The notes under the pieces were generated by a model that made no database searches, was not told the DNA's origin, and worked only from the letters and a program-made list of their open reading frames with translations. This document shows, in pieces, positions 1 through 7,819 of a stretch of 32,000 nucleotides of DNA. Numbering within the stretch: position 1 is the stretch's first letter; every line of letters starts with the position of its first letter. Position numbers and translations under genes: made by a program. Source of the DNA: Telmatocola sphagniphila (lineage in GTDB: Bacteria > Planctomycetota > Planctomycetia > Gemmatales > Gemmataceae); the NCBI RefSeq assembly GCF_018398935.1, contig NZ_CP074694.1:3840001-3872000 (forward strand). The letters are read 5' to 3'.

Positions 1-41
1 ACGCTTCGAAAAAGCATAGAGATCAAAAACTTCAAATTCAC

Positions 42-395
42 TTGCGCGAAACGGTCGGCTGCCGACATTATTACGGTATGACACCGGTCGCCAAATATCT
101 CCGAACGCTCGTCCCCGAGTTTCACGCCCGAACTGACGGCGAACTGCTCACCGAGTTCCTGCTCCATCACGGCGAAGCACCCATTGTCGAGATTCTTCGC
201 CGGCATGGAGATTGGATCTGGGCCACCTGCCGGCGCATGCTCAATCATGCCGATGCCGAAGATGCTTTCCAGGCTACTTTCCTGATCCTGACCCAAAGAG
301 CTAGAAAACTGCAGCACTCCGCGAATATCGGCCCCTGGTTGCATCGTGTCGCTTTCCTCATAGTAGCAAAAAATCCCAGACCGATTCCGGGCTAG
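42..395 (+). CDS. ECF-type sigma-70 factor, N-terminal region-2 part only (apparently truncated)
   Basis: The ORF carries TDGELLTEFL...HGDWIWATCRRMLNHADAEDAFQATFLILTQRARKL...GPWLHRVAF, the typical sigma-70 region 2 pattern of planctomycete ECF sigma factors. It stops after about 117 aa with no region 4. The ATG at 78 is a more plausible start than the TTG at 42. Confidence 0.6.
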   Translation: MRETVGCRHYYGMTPVAKYLRTLVPEFHARTDGELLTEFLLHHGEAPIVEILRRHGDWIWATCRRMLNHADAEDAFQATFLILTQRARKLQHSANIGPWLHRVAFLIVAKNPRPIPG

Positions 396-510
396 CCCCC
401 AATCAAGCCAATCAAAGCTCTTTTCCCCCGACTATGTCGGACCCGAGAAAAGTTATTCATCGAAATGCCCTTTAGGGCAAAGATTAGGGGGTGTGGATAT
501 CCGTGGAAAT

Positions 511-876
511 TTACATTGGTTGATAGTCTTGGTTGGATGTGTCGTGAGATTGATCCGATTCCTGTTTCGGCACTCGATACACCCTATTGATCACCCGTGC
601 TACGACGGCGCAAATCAAAACAATGCCACCCTCAATCACCATCCCTTCCCAATTGTTGGGATCTTTGAATAGAGGGTTCTGACGTTTTGCTGGGAACATT
701 CCCAGAAAATAGAGTGTCAGTAAGCTCAGCGGAATCGGAAGCAAGCAGATCAGGCCGCCGATACGGGCGGGCCAACCCGAAACCGTGTGAACGGATCTTT
801 TATTCGTGAGAATCTTGCCGGTGAACAAGGAATACAAACCCATAATAAGAAGCGCGACTTCGGCACCAAGAATCAT
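511..876 (-). CDS. small hypothetical membrane protein
   Basis: 121-aa ORF with 3-4 hydrophobic helices (ILGAEVALLIMGLYSLF, IGGLICLLPIPLSLLTLYFLGMF, GMVIEGGIVLICAVVA). No family recognised. Confidence 0.5.
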   Translation of the reverse strand: MILGAEVALLIMGLYSLFTGKILTNKRSVHTVSGWPARIGGLICLLPIPLSLLTLYFLGMFPAKRQNPLFKDPNNWEGMVIEGGIVLICAVVARVINRVYRVPKQESDQSHDTSNQDYQPM

Positions 877-1079
877 GGTTACCTATCCCCGATTCATTCG
901 TAGGAAGCGTTAACGCGAAACTGCCAATGGAATGTTTTATAGCATATCACACCTCGCTTGGAAAAAGCAAAATTCAACTCAATTCGAACTTCACTCTGAC
1001 AAGCCCTTATCCGCTTGCCTCCTCGCCCCCTCCCAACGACAATTGCCTTATCGCCCGCACTTGAAGGAGTCTTCGAACT

Positions 1080-1937
1080 ATGTCAGAAGAAAATACGGGC
1101 TTGACCCTACCCATGAATCGACGGCAGTTTGCCATGACCACGCTGGCCGCCGGATTCGCTCTATCGACTCAGCCGGTCGCCGCTGAGACGATCACGACCG
1201 ATTCCGCGGGCCTCACTGCGGGCGAAGTCAAAATTCCAGTGAAAGACGGCACCATTCCCGCCTATCGGGCCCTACCGGAAAAAGGCGGCCCCTTCCCCAC
1301 CATTCTGGTAGTCCAGGAAATCTTCGGAGTTCACGAACACATCAAGGACGTCTGCCGACGGCTGGCTAAACTCGGCTATCTGGCTATCGCGGCGGAAATG
1401 TATGCCCGACAAGGGGATGTCTCCAAATTGCAGATGCAGGATATCATCAGCAAAGTGGTGTCAAAAGTTCCCGATGCTCAGGTGATGAGCGATCTGGATG
1501 CCGCCGTCGATTGGGCGAAAAAAAACAACGGCGACACTTCCAAACTCGGTATCACCGGGTTCTGCTGGGGAGGCCGGATCGTTTGGCTGTATGCCGCCCA
1601 CAATCCGAATCTCAAGGCGGGAGTGGCCTGGTACGGCCGTTTGGTCGGCGCAGGAAAAGCGAACGAATTGCAGCCGAAGCATCCGATCGATCTGGTGACC
1701 GAGCTGAAAGCGCCGGTGCTCGGCCTTTATGGAGAAAAGGACACGGGAATTCCCGTTAAGGATGTCGAGTCGATGAAAGCGGCCCTGAAAAAAGCCGATA
1801 AACCCTGCGAATTCGTGGTCTATCCCGATGCGCCGCATGCTTTCTTTGCGGACTATCGGCCGAGCTACCGCAAGGAACCGGCCGAGGATGGCTGGAAACG
1901 CCTGCAGGAATGGTTCAAGAAAAACGGCGTGGTGTGA
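1080..1937 (+). CDS. dienelactone hydrolase family protein with Tat signal peptide
   Basis: A GAAGGAG RBS lies about 9 nt upstream of the ATG. The N-terminus has a twin-arginine motif and hydrophobic region ([21 protein letters not shown]). DLH hallmarks are present: [14 protein letters not shown], nucleophile elbow GFCWGG, C-terminal YPDAPHAF. Confidence 0.9.
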   Translation: MSEENTGLTLPMNRRQFAMTTLAAGFALSTQPVAAETITTDSAGLTAGEVKIPVKDGTIPAYRALPEKGGPFPTILVVQEIFGVHEHIKDVCRRLAKLGYLAIAAEMYARQGDVSKLQMQDIISKVVSKVPDAQVMSDLDAAVDWAKKNNGDTSKLGITGFCWGGRIVWLYAAHNPNLKAGVAWYGRLVGAGKANELQPKHPIDLVTELKAPVLGLYGEKDTGIPVKDVESMKAALKKADKPCEFVVYPDAPHAFFADYRPSYRKEPAEDGWKRLQEWFKKNGVV

Positions 1938-1966
1938 GTGAAATGAATCTGTTTAAAGTCTTAAAC

Positions 1967-1992
1967 TGAGACCGTGTACAAATGCGGTCTCA
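1967..1992. terminator. hairpin between convergent genes (weak terminator candidate)
   Basis: TGAGACCG (1967-1974) pairs with CGGTCTCA (1985-1992) around a 10-nt loop. It lies just after the hydrolase stop codon. There is no U-tract. Confidence 0.25.
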
Positions 1993-2430
1993 CTCCTCCT
2001 GAGGATCGTGGCAATCCAGGCCAAACTCCTCTGCGATGGAACGTAGATAGGCGACGAATTCCGCAGCGTGCGATGGAGTAAATTGGGCGATCGACCTCAC
2101 CGGTTTTAGGTTGAGGAATCTCAGCAAATGATCCGTTGCAGATCGGTAACGATTGATCGTATTGATCGTATTGATCGAGGATCGGGAAATCTGTTCGTGA
2201 TGTTCGAGCGATTGCTGTCAGGCTTTTTCGATCGAGATACTTTCAAAGCTCAACTCGGCGGGTGTTCCGACATCCAACTGCGAGTTGATTTGCGAAGCGA
2301 GTGGGCGGGCGGCATTCCGGTCCGGACCGACCCGAGGGCGGTGCCGTCGCCCTTGTTCGTTGTAACAGAGATACCAAATTTTGCCGCGACGATACCCTCG
2401 AACTTTACCAATGCGGAACTCATTCGACAT
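1990..2430 (-). pseudogene. tyrosine recombinase/phage integrase, N-terminal fragment with in-frame stop
   Basis: Minus-strand translation gives MSNEFRIGKVRGYRRGKIWYLCYNEQGRRHRPRVGPDRNAARPLASQINSQL..., an arm-binding-type integrase N-terminus. It hits an in-frame TGA at 2218-2220, then continues as ..RYRSATDHLLRFLNLKPVRSIAQFTPSHAAEFVAYLRS.. (SAM-like domain). It ends at 1990 with no catalytic domain. Confidence 0.6.
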
Positions 2431-2808
2431 GCGTGCCTCAGAGATTTCTCCCGCCACAAAACGCCCCAAAAACCGCCACAAATGGGATTTTTTGAAGACA
2501 CTTCAAAAACGTAAGTTATTATTGGATATTGACTTACGTCAACCAAAGAAATGAAAATACGGAGAGGGGGGGAGACTCTGAGCCGATTTTTTCATTTCCG
2601 TCCGTTTGTTGCAACTGATTGAATAATAACGAGTTATAGCGATATGTCAAGAGCCGATAAAACCTGAAAATCGCCATTCTCGAGGTACAAAACGCCACAA
2701 AAACGCCACAAATATTTGTCTAAATTTTCGCTATTCAGATTCGCGTAAAATATCGAGCGTTTCCCTTCAGCTCCTGGAAGACCCAGAGATCGGTTTGTAG
2801 GTAATAAC

Positions 2809-3139
2809 TCACGCCCTGGCCAAGAGAGAAGGGGCTTTCTCTTTGGCAAAGTGAGCTTGGACGGCTTGAGTCATCCAGGCGAATGAATTCCGTCTCTGCT
2901 GTCGACAGGTTTCGATCACGGTCAGCATTCGTTCAACGAACCGACTCCCTTGAGCCGATTGGGTTCCAAAGCATAACTTCCGCCAAATGACCGCGGGCCG
3001 CAAAGCCCGCTCGGCGGCATTATTGGTGGGCTCTACTCCTTCGACATCGACGAACGTCCAAAGCCGAGCCCGGTATTACCAGAGTTCGGAGCAAAAGCCA
3101 CGCAGCTTCGGATCGAATTATCCTCGCAAGAGCAAGGGG
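2809..3139 (-). pseudogene. IS66-like transposase C-terminal remnant, cut by transposon end
   Basis: Minus-strand frame gives ..FVDVEGVEPTNNAAERALRPAVIWRKLCFGTQSAQGSRFVERMLTVIETCRQQRRN... This matches the TNNxAERxLR...RK...G pattern of IS66-type C-termini. Two in-frame stops lie upstream. Homology ends exactly at the TGT terminus at 3140. Confidence 0.5.
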
Positions 3140-3304
3140 TGTCCTTTACCGCGGTTTGATCGCACTTTGGAATTCGAATCGCCGAATAGTTATTGAATTG
3201 CCAGTCGTCGATTACGCTGCGAATTTGGTAAGGGAATTGACCTGTTAAGTCGGTTTTTCCCCGCCGTCTTTGATCGGTGATAAATCGTACCTCGCTCCTA
3301 CCCC
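3140..3304 (+). mobile_element. 165-bp left-end fragment of the four-gene transposon, interrupted by copy 1
   Basis: Starts TGTCCTTTACCGCGGTTTGATCGCAC and matches the first ~165 bp of the element. It is the CGAATCGCC / CGATTACG variant also seen in copy 2. It is broken where the TGT of copy 1 begins at 3305. Confidence 0.85.
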
Positions 3305-3339
3305 TGTCCTTTACCGCGGTTTGATCGCACTTTGGAATT
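3305..3339 (+). repeat. left terminal inverted repeat (copy 1)
   Basis: TGTCCTTTACCGCGGTTTGATCGCACTTTGGAATT aligns with the reverse complement of the right end, TGTCCCGAACCGAATTCTGGTCGCATTTGTAGCCG. Shared positions follow TGTCC...ACCG...T.TG.TCGCA.TT. Confidence 0.75.
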
Positions 3340-3517
3340 AGAATAGCCGAATAGTTATTGAATTGCCAGTCGTCGCTTACGCTGCGAATTTGGTAAGGGA
3401 ATTGACTTGTTAAGTCGGTTTTTCCCCGCCGTCTTTGATCGGTGATAAATCGTACCTCGCTCTACCCCGCCTCGTGTCTGTACAATTTTCCTTTTCCATT
3501 TTGCTGAGGCTCACTCC

Positions 3518-4078
3518 TTGGGCGAGGTGCGGTTTTACCGCAGCGAGGAGGAATGGAGTTCGATCGCTGAACGGCTCAAACAGACCCACTGTCCGCACTG
3601 CAAAGTGGTCGGCACGCTGATTCAGCACGGCTTTTTGTTCGGCTATGACGAACGCAACCCCCAGCGAAGAGCCCGGCGTGCCCGGCGGATCTTCTGCAGC
3701 AATCGCAATTCCCGTCGCGGTTGCGGGCGGACTTTCAGCATCTGGCTCGCCGACAAAATCCGACGCTTGAGCCTTACCAGCAGCACTTTGTGGCGCTTCC
3801 TCCAACTCGCCGTATTTGGCAGTATCGCCGCATCAATCCGTGCCATCGACTGTCATCTGAGCGACCGAACCTTGCAGCGGATTTGGAAACGCTTCGATCT
3901 GAGCCAATGCCCGATTCGGACGGCCCTGTTGAATCAGCGTCCACCTCCAGAACTCGTAGTTGAACGCTCGCGTTGGCCGGCTCGGGCCCAAGTACTCGCC
4001 CATCTTCAAACCGCCTTTCCCGACGCCGATTGTCCGATCGCCGCCTTCCAACAGGCAATCCAGATTTTCTTCCTGTAA
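3518..4078 (+). CDS. transposon zinc-ribbon protein (186 aa), function unknown
   Basis: The ORF is conserved in every copy. It has a non-ATG start (TTG 3518 or GTG 3527) with GAGG upstream. The CPHC...x31...CSNRNSRRGCGRTFS motif followed by a helical region resembles the IS1595-type transposase Zn-ribbon layout by eye. Confidence 0.65.
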   Translation: MGEVRFYRSEEEWSSIAERLKQTHCPHCKVVGTLIQHGFLFGYDERNPQRRARRARRIFCSNRNSRRGCGRTFSIWLADKIRRLSLTSSTLWRFLQLAVFGSIAASIRAIDCHLSDRTLQRIWKRFDLSQCPIRTALLNQRPPPELVVERSRWPARAQVLAHLQTAFPDADCPIAAFQQAIQIFFL

Positions 4079-4311
4079 ATCTGACCCGATGCATAAAAGC
4101 CGATAACCGTTGACATATTTGCGTCGCATACACGTCGATTACCAACCCCGGTTACCCAATTCGGATCGCGCTACGTCGCCGCCGGCGCGCTCCCCAAATT
4201 CAAAAATAGCCGACAACGCATGATGTCGTAGTGACTCTCTTTGGTTTTTGATTCAATCTCCCGAGTCTGGCACCGCCCTGCCAGCACTTTCCCCAATCCG
4301 GAGAACTCTCC

Positions 4312-5553
4312 ATGAAGCAACCTTCGGTCTATTTGAAGATGCGGGTCCTCGGTGCTGTCGACACCGTCGAAGGGCGAACCCGGCATGAACGCGTTCACAA
4401 TGTCGCCGCCATGACCTTCCTCGACGAACAGGGCAACTCGCGTCAGTTCACCTGGCGGACCATTCAGACCTGGTTCTACCGTTACAAAAACCACGGCATC
4501 ACCGGTATGACTCCTCAGCCACGCAAGGACAAGGGACAAGTCCGCAAGGCCACGCCCGAGGAACTGCTCGAAGCCATTAACGCCGCCCAGCCCCACTTCC
4601 ACAACAAACGCTCCAACAAGCGAGCGATCTATCGCTTCTGTATCGAACGGGGGTTCCTGCAAGCCGACCGCATTGCTCAAACCACTTTTTACCGCTTCAT
4701 CCGAGAATACGATCTGCTCGCTCCCGTAGACAACGACAACAAGAAACGACTGGCCTTCAGCATGAAATTCGCCAACCAACTCTGGCAGGCGGACACCATG
4801 TTCGGACCATACGTGGACACCGGTACGTCCGCCGGCTCACGCAAGCAAGCCAAGCTCATCGCCTTCATCGACGACGCCAGCCGCGTCCTCTGCCACGGCG
4901 AATTCTTCTTCGAAGAAAACGTCGATACCCTCGTGCAGGCCATCCGGGCCGCCTTCTACAAACGCGGCGTCCCCGAACAACTGCTGGTCGACAACGGTTC
5001 CATCTATTGCTCCCAGGAGTTTACACTCATCTGTGCCCGCGTCGGCTGCCTCTTGCGACATACCGCTGTCCGGGATGCCGCCGCCAAGGGGAAGATCGAA
5101 CGCTTTTTCCGCCGCGTTCGCGACCAGTTCCTCTTGCAAAAACTCGACCTTTCTTCCCTTCAAGCCCTCAATCGCCAGTTCACTCTCTGGGTCGAAAGCG
5201 ACTACAACGCCAGCGAGCACGACGCCATCGGCATGAAACCGATCGACCGCTTCGGCATCGACTTGGCTCGCATTCGATTCTTGTCGCCTTCCGAACACAA
5301 CGACGAACTCTTCTTCGCCGAGGCCACCCGGAAAGTCAAAAAAGACAATACCTTTAGCTTCTGCAACCGACGTTACGAAACTCCCGTCGATCTGCACGAC
5401 AAACAAATCCAACTCCGCTACGACCGACAACGCGATGACATCGACATCTCCTCTACCACCGTCGTCATTTATTACAAAGGCCAACGCATGGGCACCGCTC
5501 GACTCCTGGATGCCGTTGCCAACGGGCTCCAACGCCGAAAGGAACAGCCATGA
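4312..5553 (+). CDS. DDE (rve/integrase-core) transposase, TniA/TnsB/MuA-like
   Basis: 413 aa with an N-terminal HTH-like region. The DDE triad context is LWQADTMFGPY, LLVDNGSIY, KGKIERFF. The stop overlaps the next gene's start (ATGA at 5550-5553). Confidence 0.9.
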   Translation: MKQPSVYLKMRVLGAVDTVEGRTRHERVHNVAAMTFLDEQGNSRQFTWRTIQTWFYRYKNHGITGMTPQPRKDKGQVRKATPEELLEAINAAQPHFHNKRSNKRAIYRFCIERGFLQADRIAQTTFYRFIREYDLLAPVDNDNKKRLAFSMKFANQLWQADTMFGPYVDTGTSAGSRKQAKLIAFIDDASRVLCHGEFFFEENVDTLVQAIRAAFYKRGVPEQLLVDNGSIYCSQEFTLICARVGCLLRHTAVRDAAAKGKIERFFRRVRDQFLLQKLDLSSLQALNRQFTLWVESDYNASEHDAIGMKPIDRFGIDLARIRFLSPSEHNDELFFAEATRKVKKDNTFSFCNRRYETPVDLHDKQIQLRYDRQRDDIDISSTTVVIYYKGQRMGTARLLDAVANGLQRRKEQP

Positions 5554-6350
5554 TCCGCTCCTTCTTCGGACTCTCGCACAATCCCTTCGACGCACGCGAA
5601 TTCAAACTCCTGCCGCAGCAGCAAGAAATTCACGACACCCTCAAGGTCCATTGCCAGCAGGGTGGACTCTGCCTGGTTCTCGGCGTTCCCGGCACCGGCA
5701 AGAGCTTCATCAAGCAATCCCTTCAGCGGCTTCCCGAAAACCAGCACCTGGTCGCCACCGTGGGCCGCACCTTGCACACCTATACCAACTCCGTCAAAAT
5801 ACTCTGCGATGCCTTCCGCATCGACTTCGAAAGCTCTGCCTTCAAGTGCGAACGCCGACTCATCGAACAAGCCTTCAGCCTCAACCATGCGGGCAAGTCG
5901 GTCACCACCATTCTCGACGACGCTCACCTCATGGATATGGCCTGTCTGCGAAAGTTGCGGCTGCTCTTCGAAGACTTCCCCAAAAACCACAACCTCATCC
6001 TCATCGGCCAACCCAGCCTGCTCGCCAACCTCGACCTCGGCGTCAACCAGGACATCAAAAGCCGAGTCACTTACTCCGTCATCGCCAAACGGCTCGGACC
6101 CGATTTACTGCGCGACTTCCTTCTCCGGGAACTCGATCGCATCGGACTCGGCCACAATACTTTTACGCAACCCGCCGTCGATCTCATCGTCCGCGCCGCC
6201 GACGGCATCCTGCGTAAAGCCCGCAATCTCTGCGTCGGCTGCCTCATCGAAGCCGTTCGATCCGCCAATAAAACCGTGGACATCGACAACGTCAACCGCG
6301 TCCTCCTGCAACCCCACTGGCAAAAAGAATCCGACCTCGCCGATTACTGA
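5550..6350 (+). CDS. AAA+ ATPase, TniB/ExeA(AAA_22)-like transposition helper
   Basis: 266 aa with N-terminus FFGLSHNPF (ExeA/TniB style). Walker A is GVPGTGKS and Walker B is TTILDDAHLM. It is translationally coupled to the transposase gene. Confidence 0.85.
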   Translation: MIRSFFGLSHNPFDAREFKLLPQQQEIHDTLKVHCQQGGLCLVLGVPGTGKSFIKQSLQRLPENQHLVATVGRTLHTYTNSVKILCDAFRIDFESSAFKCERRLIEQAFSLNHAGKSVTTILDDAHLMDMACLRKLRLLFEDFPKNHNLILIGQPSLLANLDLGVNQDIKSRVTYSVIAKRLGPDLLRDFLLRELDRIGLGHNTFTQPAVDLIVRAADGILRKARNLCVGCLIEAVRSANKTVDIDNVNRVLLQPHWQKESDLADY

Positions 6351-6376
6351 TTCTCAGCGCCCCCGTCGGAGAAACG

Positions 6377-6682
6377 ATGATCCAACCCGATCTACTACGC
6401 CGCATTCGCAACGATTTGCCCATGCCCGTCACCATCGCCACGCTGGGAACCGATGGGCCACCTTCGAAAATGAGCGAAGGCTACTTCCGCTTCCTCTGCC
6501 CCAACTGCGGCGAAATGCGGGCTACCGTCAACCCACGCAACAACCTCGCCCACTGCTTCGACTGCCAAAAAAACTTCAACAACATCGACCTCTTGCTCAC
6601 CCTCGATTACGACTTCCTCACCGCCGTCGATTTACTCGAACGCTGGCTCAACGAATATCGAACCCGACAAGCCAAAAAGTAA
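6377..6682 (+). CDS. small CHC2 (DnaG-primase-type) zinc-finger protein
   Basis: 101 aa. CPNCGEMRATVNPRNNLAHCFDCQKNFNNIDLLL parallels the DnaG zinc-binding motif CPFHxEKTPSFxV...HCFGCGxxGNxIDFLM. Confidence 0.7.
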   Translation: MIQPDLLRRIRNDLPMPVTIATLGTDGPPSKMSEGYFRFLCPNCGEMRATVNPRNNLAHCFDCQKNFNNIDLLLTLDYDFLTAVDLLERWLNEYRTRQAKK

Positions 6683-6861
6683 TCAGTCGCAGGAAGCCCG
6701 TTACTCTACGAACCTCTGCTGCTCGCGGCGAACGGCAGCGCCTCGTGCCGGACTACGCCGGCCCATCGCAACACCCCGGTCTCGGTCATCAGACCGCTCC
6801 AATATTCCCCGGTATTCGGCAAAACACCCTTCAAAATGCCAAAATCCCTACAGCTTTAATT

Positions 6862-6896
6862 CGGCTACAAATGCGACCAGAATTCGGTTCGGGACA
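6862..6896 (+). repeat. right terminal inverted repeat (copy 1)
   Basis: CGGCTACAAATGCGACCAGAATTCGGTTCGGGACA. The subterminal ATTCGG motif recurs at 6824, 6859 and 6882. Confidence 0.75.
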
Positions 6897-6897
6897 C

Positions 6898-7629
6898 CTG
6901 ATTCGGACGGGCCCGCTCGAAGGACCGCACCTTGTCCGGATGCCCTCGCGTCGGAGCCTGCTCCAGTTGATAACCGGCTTCATGCAGCACCCGGGCCACC
7001 GCCGAAGCACTCGCCGGTAAAGCCGGACCTCGCAATAGCATGTCGCTAATCCGCTGACACCCCCATTCCGGATTCGATTTTTTGAGCATCAGGATTGTAC
7101 GCTTGGTCAACTCGTGAACGCGGCTGCCCGGAGGTTTGCCCCGCGGCTGATCCAACAATCCGGCCGGGCCAGAAATTTCAAACCGCTTCTTCCATGCGTA
7201 AAGCGTGTGTTTCGAGACGCCTACCAAAGGAGCAAAATCGCCGGCGGGCAAGCCGCTCCGCTGCCAGGTATCCAGCAACAAAATCCGCTGTTCCGCCGTC
7301 ATCGCCGGCACGGGTTCGGTCGATTTTTTCACCAAACGCCGTCCCTTAACAGGTCCCCGACCCGATAACCTCGAGTGGAATTCCCTACGCTTCGAAAGGC
7401 TGGCTTCTACCTCGGAATCCACGGAATCCGATAAATCCAGACCCGCATCGGGAAAGGACTCCGAAGTGGGGCGGGCTCCGCGTCGCTCCCCTTCGCTGCG
7501 CTCAGGGGCGCTCGGCTCCGCCCGCCCCACTTCGGCAGCCGCGGACTGCGGGTCCCTATCCTCCGTCGGACCAGCTCTCGGTTGTTCTTCTCTTTTCTCC
7601 GCAAATGCATTCTGGTTGAATTCATCCAT
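6898..7629 (-). pseudogene. IS481-like transposase, N-terminal half (split gene, part 1)
   Basis: Minus-strand ORF with HTH regions (HTLYAWKKRFEISGPAGLLDQPRG..., NPEWGCQRISDMLL). It ends ...SFERARPNQ exactly at the ACA terminus of copy 1. It continues at 12466 on the other strand. Confidence 0.8.
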
Positions 7630-7819
7630 ATAGCCTCTCTTCTGGCGGTATTCCCGCCTAAGAAAGAGAAGGTAATTCCTATAGCGATTTAAACGGCTAA
7701 ACCGGTAGATATTTCAGGAAAGGGGACACTGGATGAGTTCTCCATGTACAATGTGTCGCTCTGGAACAACCGACTTGGAACTCCAGTGCCAAGATGTGAT
7801 AATTGCAAGTTCTTGACTG

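Larger units (their letters stand above)
3305..6896 (+). mobile_element. four-gene TGT...ACA transposon, full copy 1 (3,592 bp)
   Basis: Termini are TGTCC... and ...GGGACA with imperfect ~30-bp terminal inverted repeats. It carries four co-oriented genes. All four translations and the end sequences I compared by eye are identical to copy 3. Confidence 0.9.

Noticed and set aside
2128-2546. Plus-strand 128-aa ORF and other small ORFs over the integrase remnant.
   Set aside because: They are antisense or alternative frames of a recognisable integrase N-terminal fragment, with no motifs of their own.
2548-2598. Long A/T-rich hairpin (GAAATGAAAA...TTTTCATTTC) as a rho-independent terminator.
   Set aside because: There is no adjacent intact gene to terminate and the stem has little GC, so its function is unclear. 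It is mentioned only in the context of the decayed island.
1990-2810. Expectation of a tRNA/tmRNA gene next to the integrase remnant as an integration target.
   Set aside because: I could not fold a convincing cloverleaf by eye in this interval, only simple hairpins. Nothing is reported, and tRNAscan-SE should be run.
3140-3520. Tandem ~165-220-bp repeated blocks (also at 13134-13560) that could be mistaken for a CRISPR-like or satellite array.
   Set aside because: They are transposon left ends duplicated by nested insertion. The repeats are too long, there are only two units, and there are no short unique spacers.
4171-7020. Many long alternative-frame and antisense ORFs inside every transposon copy. 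Examples are the 202-aa and 252-aa antisense ORFs, the 260-aa and 452-aa P/R/S/T-rich plus-strand ORFs, and their equivalents in copies 2 and 3.
   Set aside because: They overlap well-supported genes with clear DDE/Walker motifs and have low-complexity composition. They recur only because the DNA is repeated. This is typical spurious open frame behaviour in biased-codon DNA.
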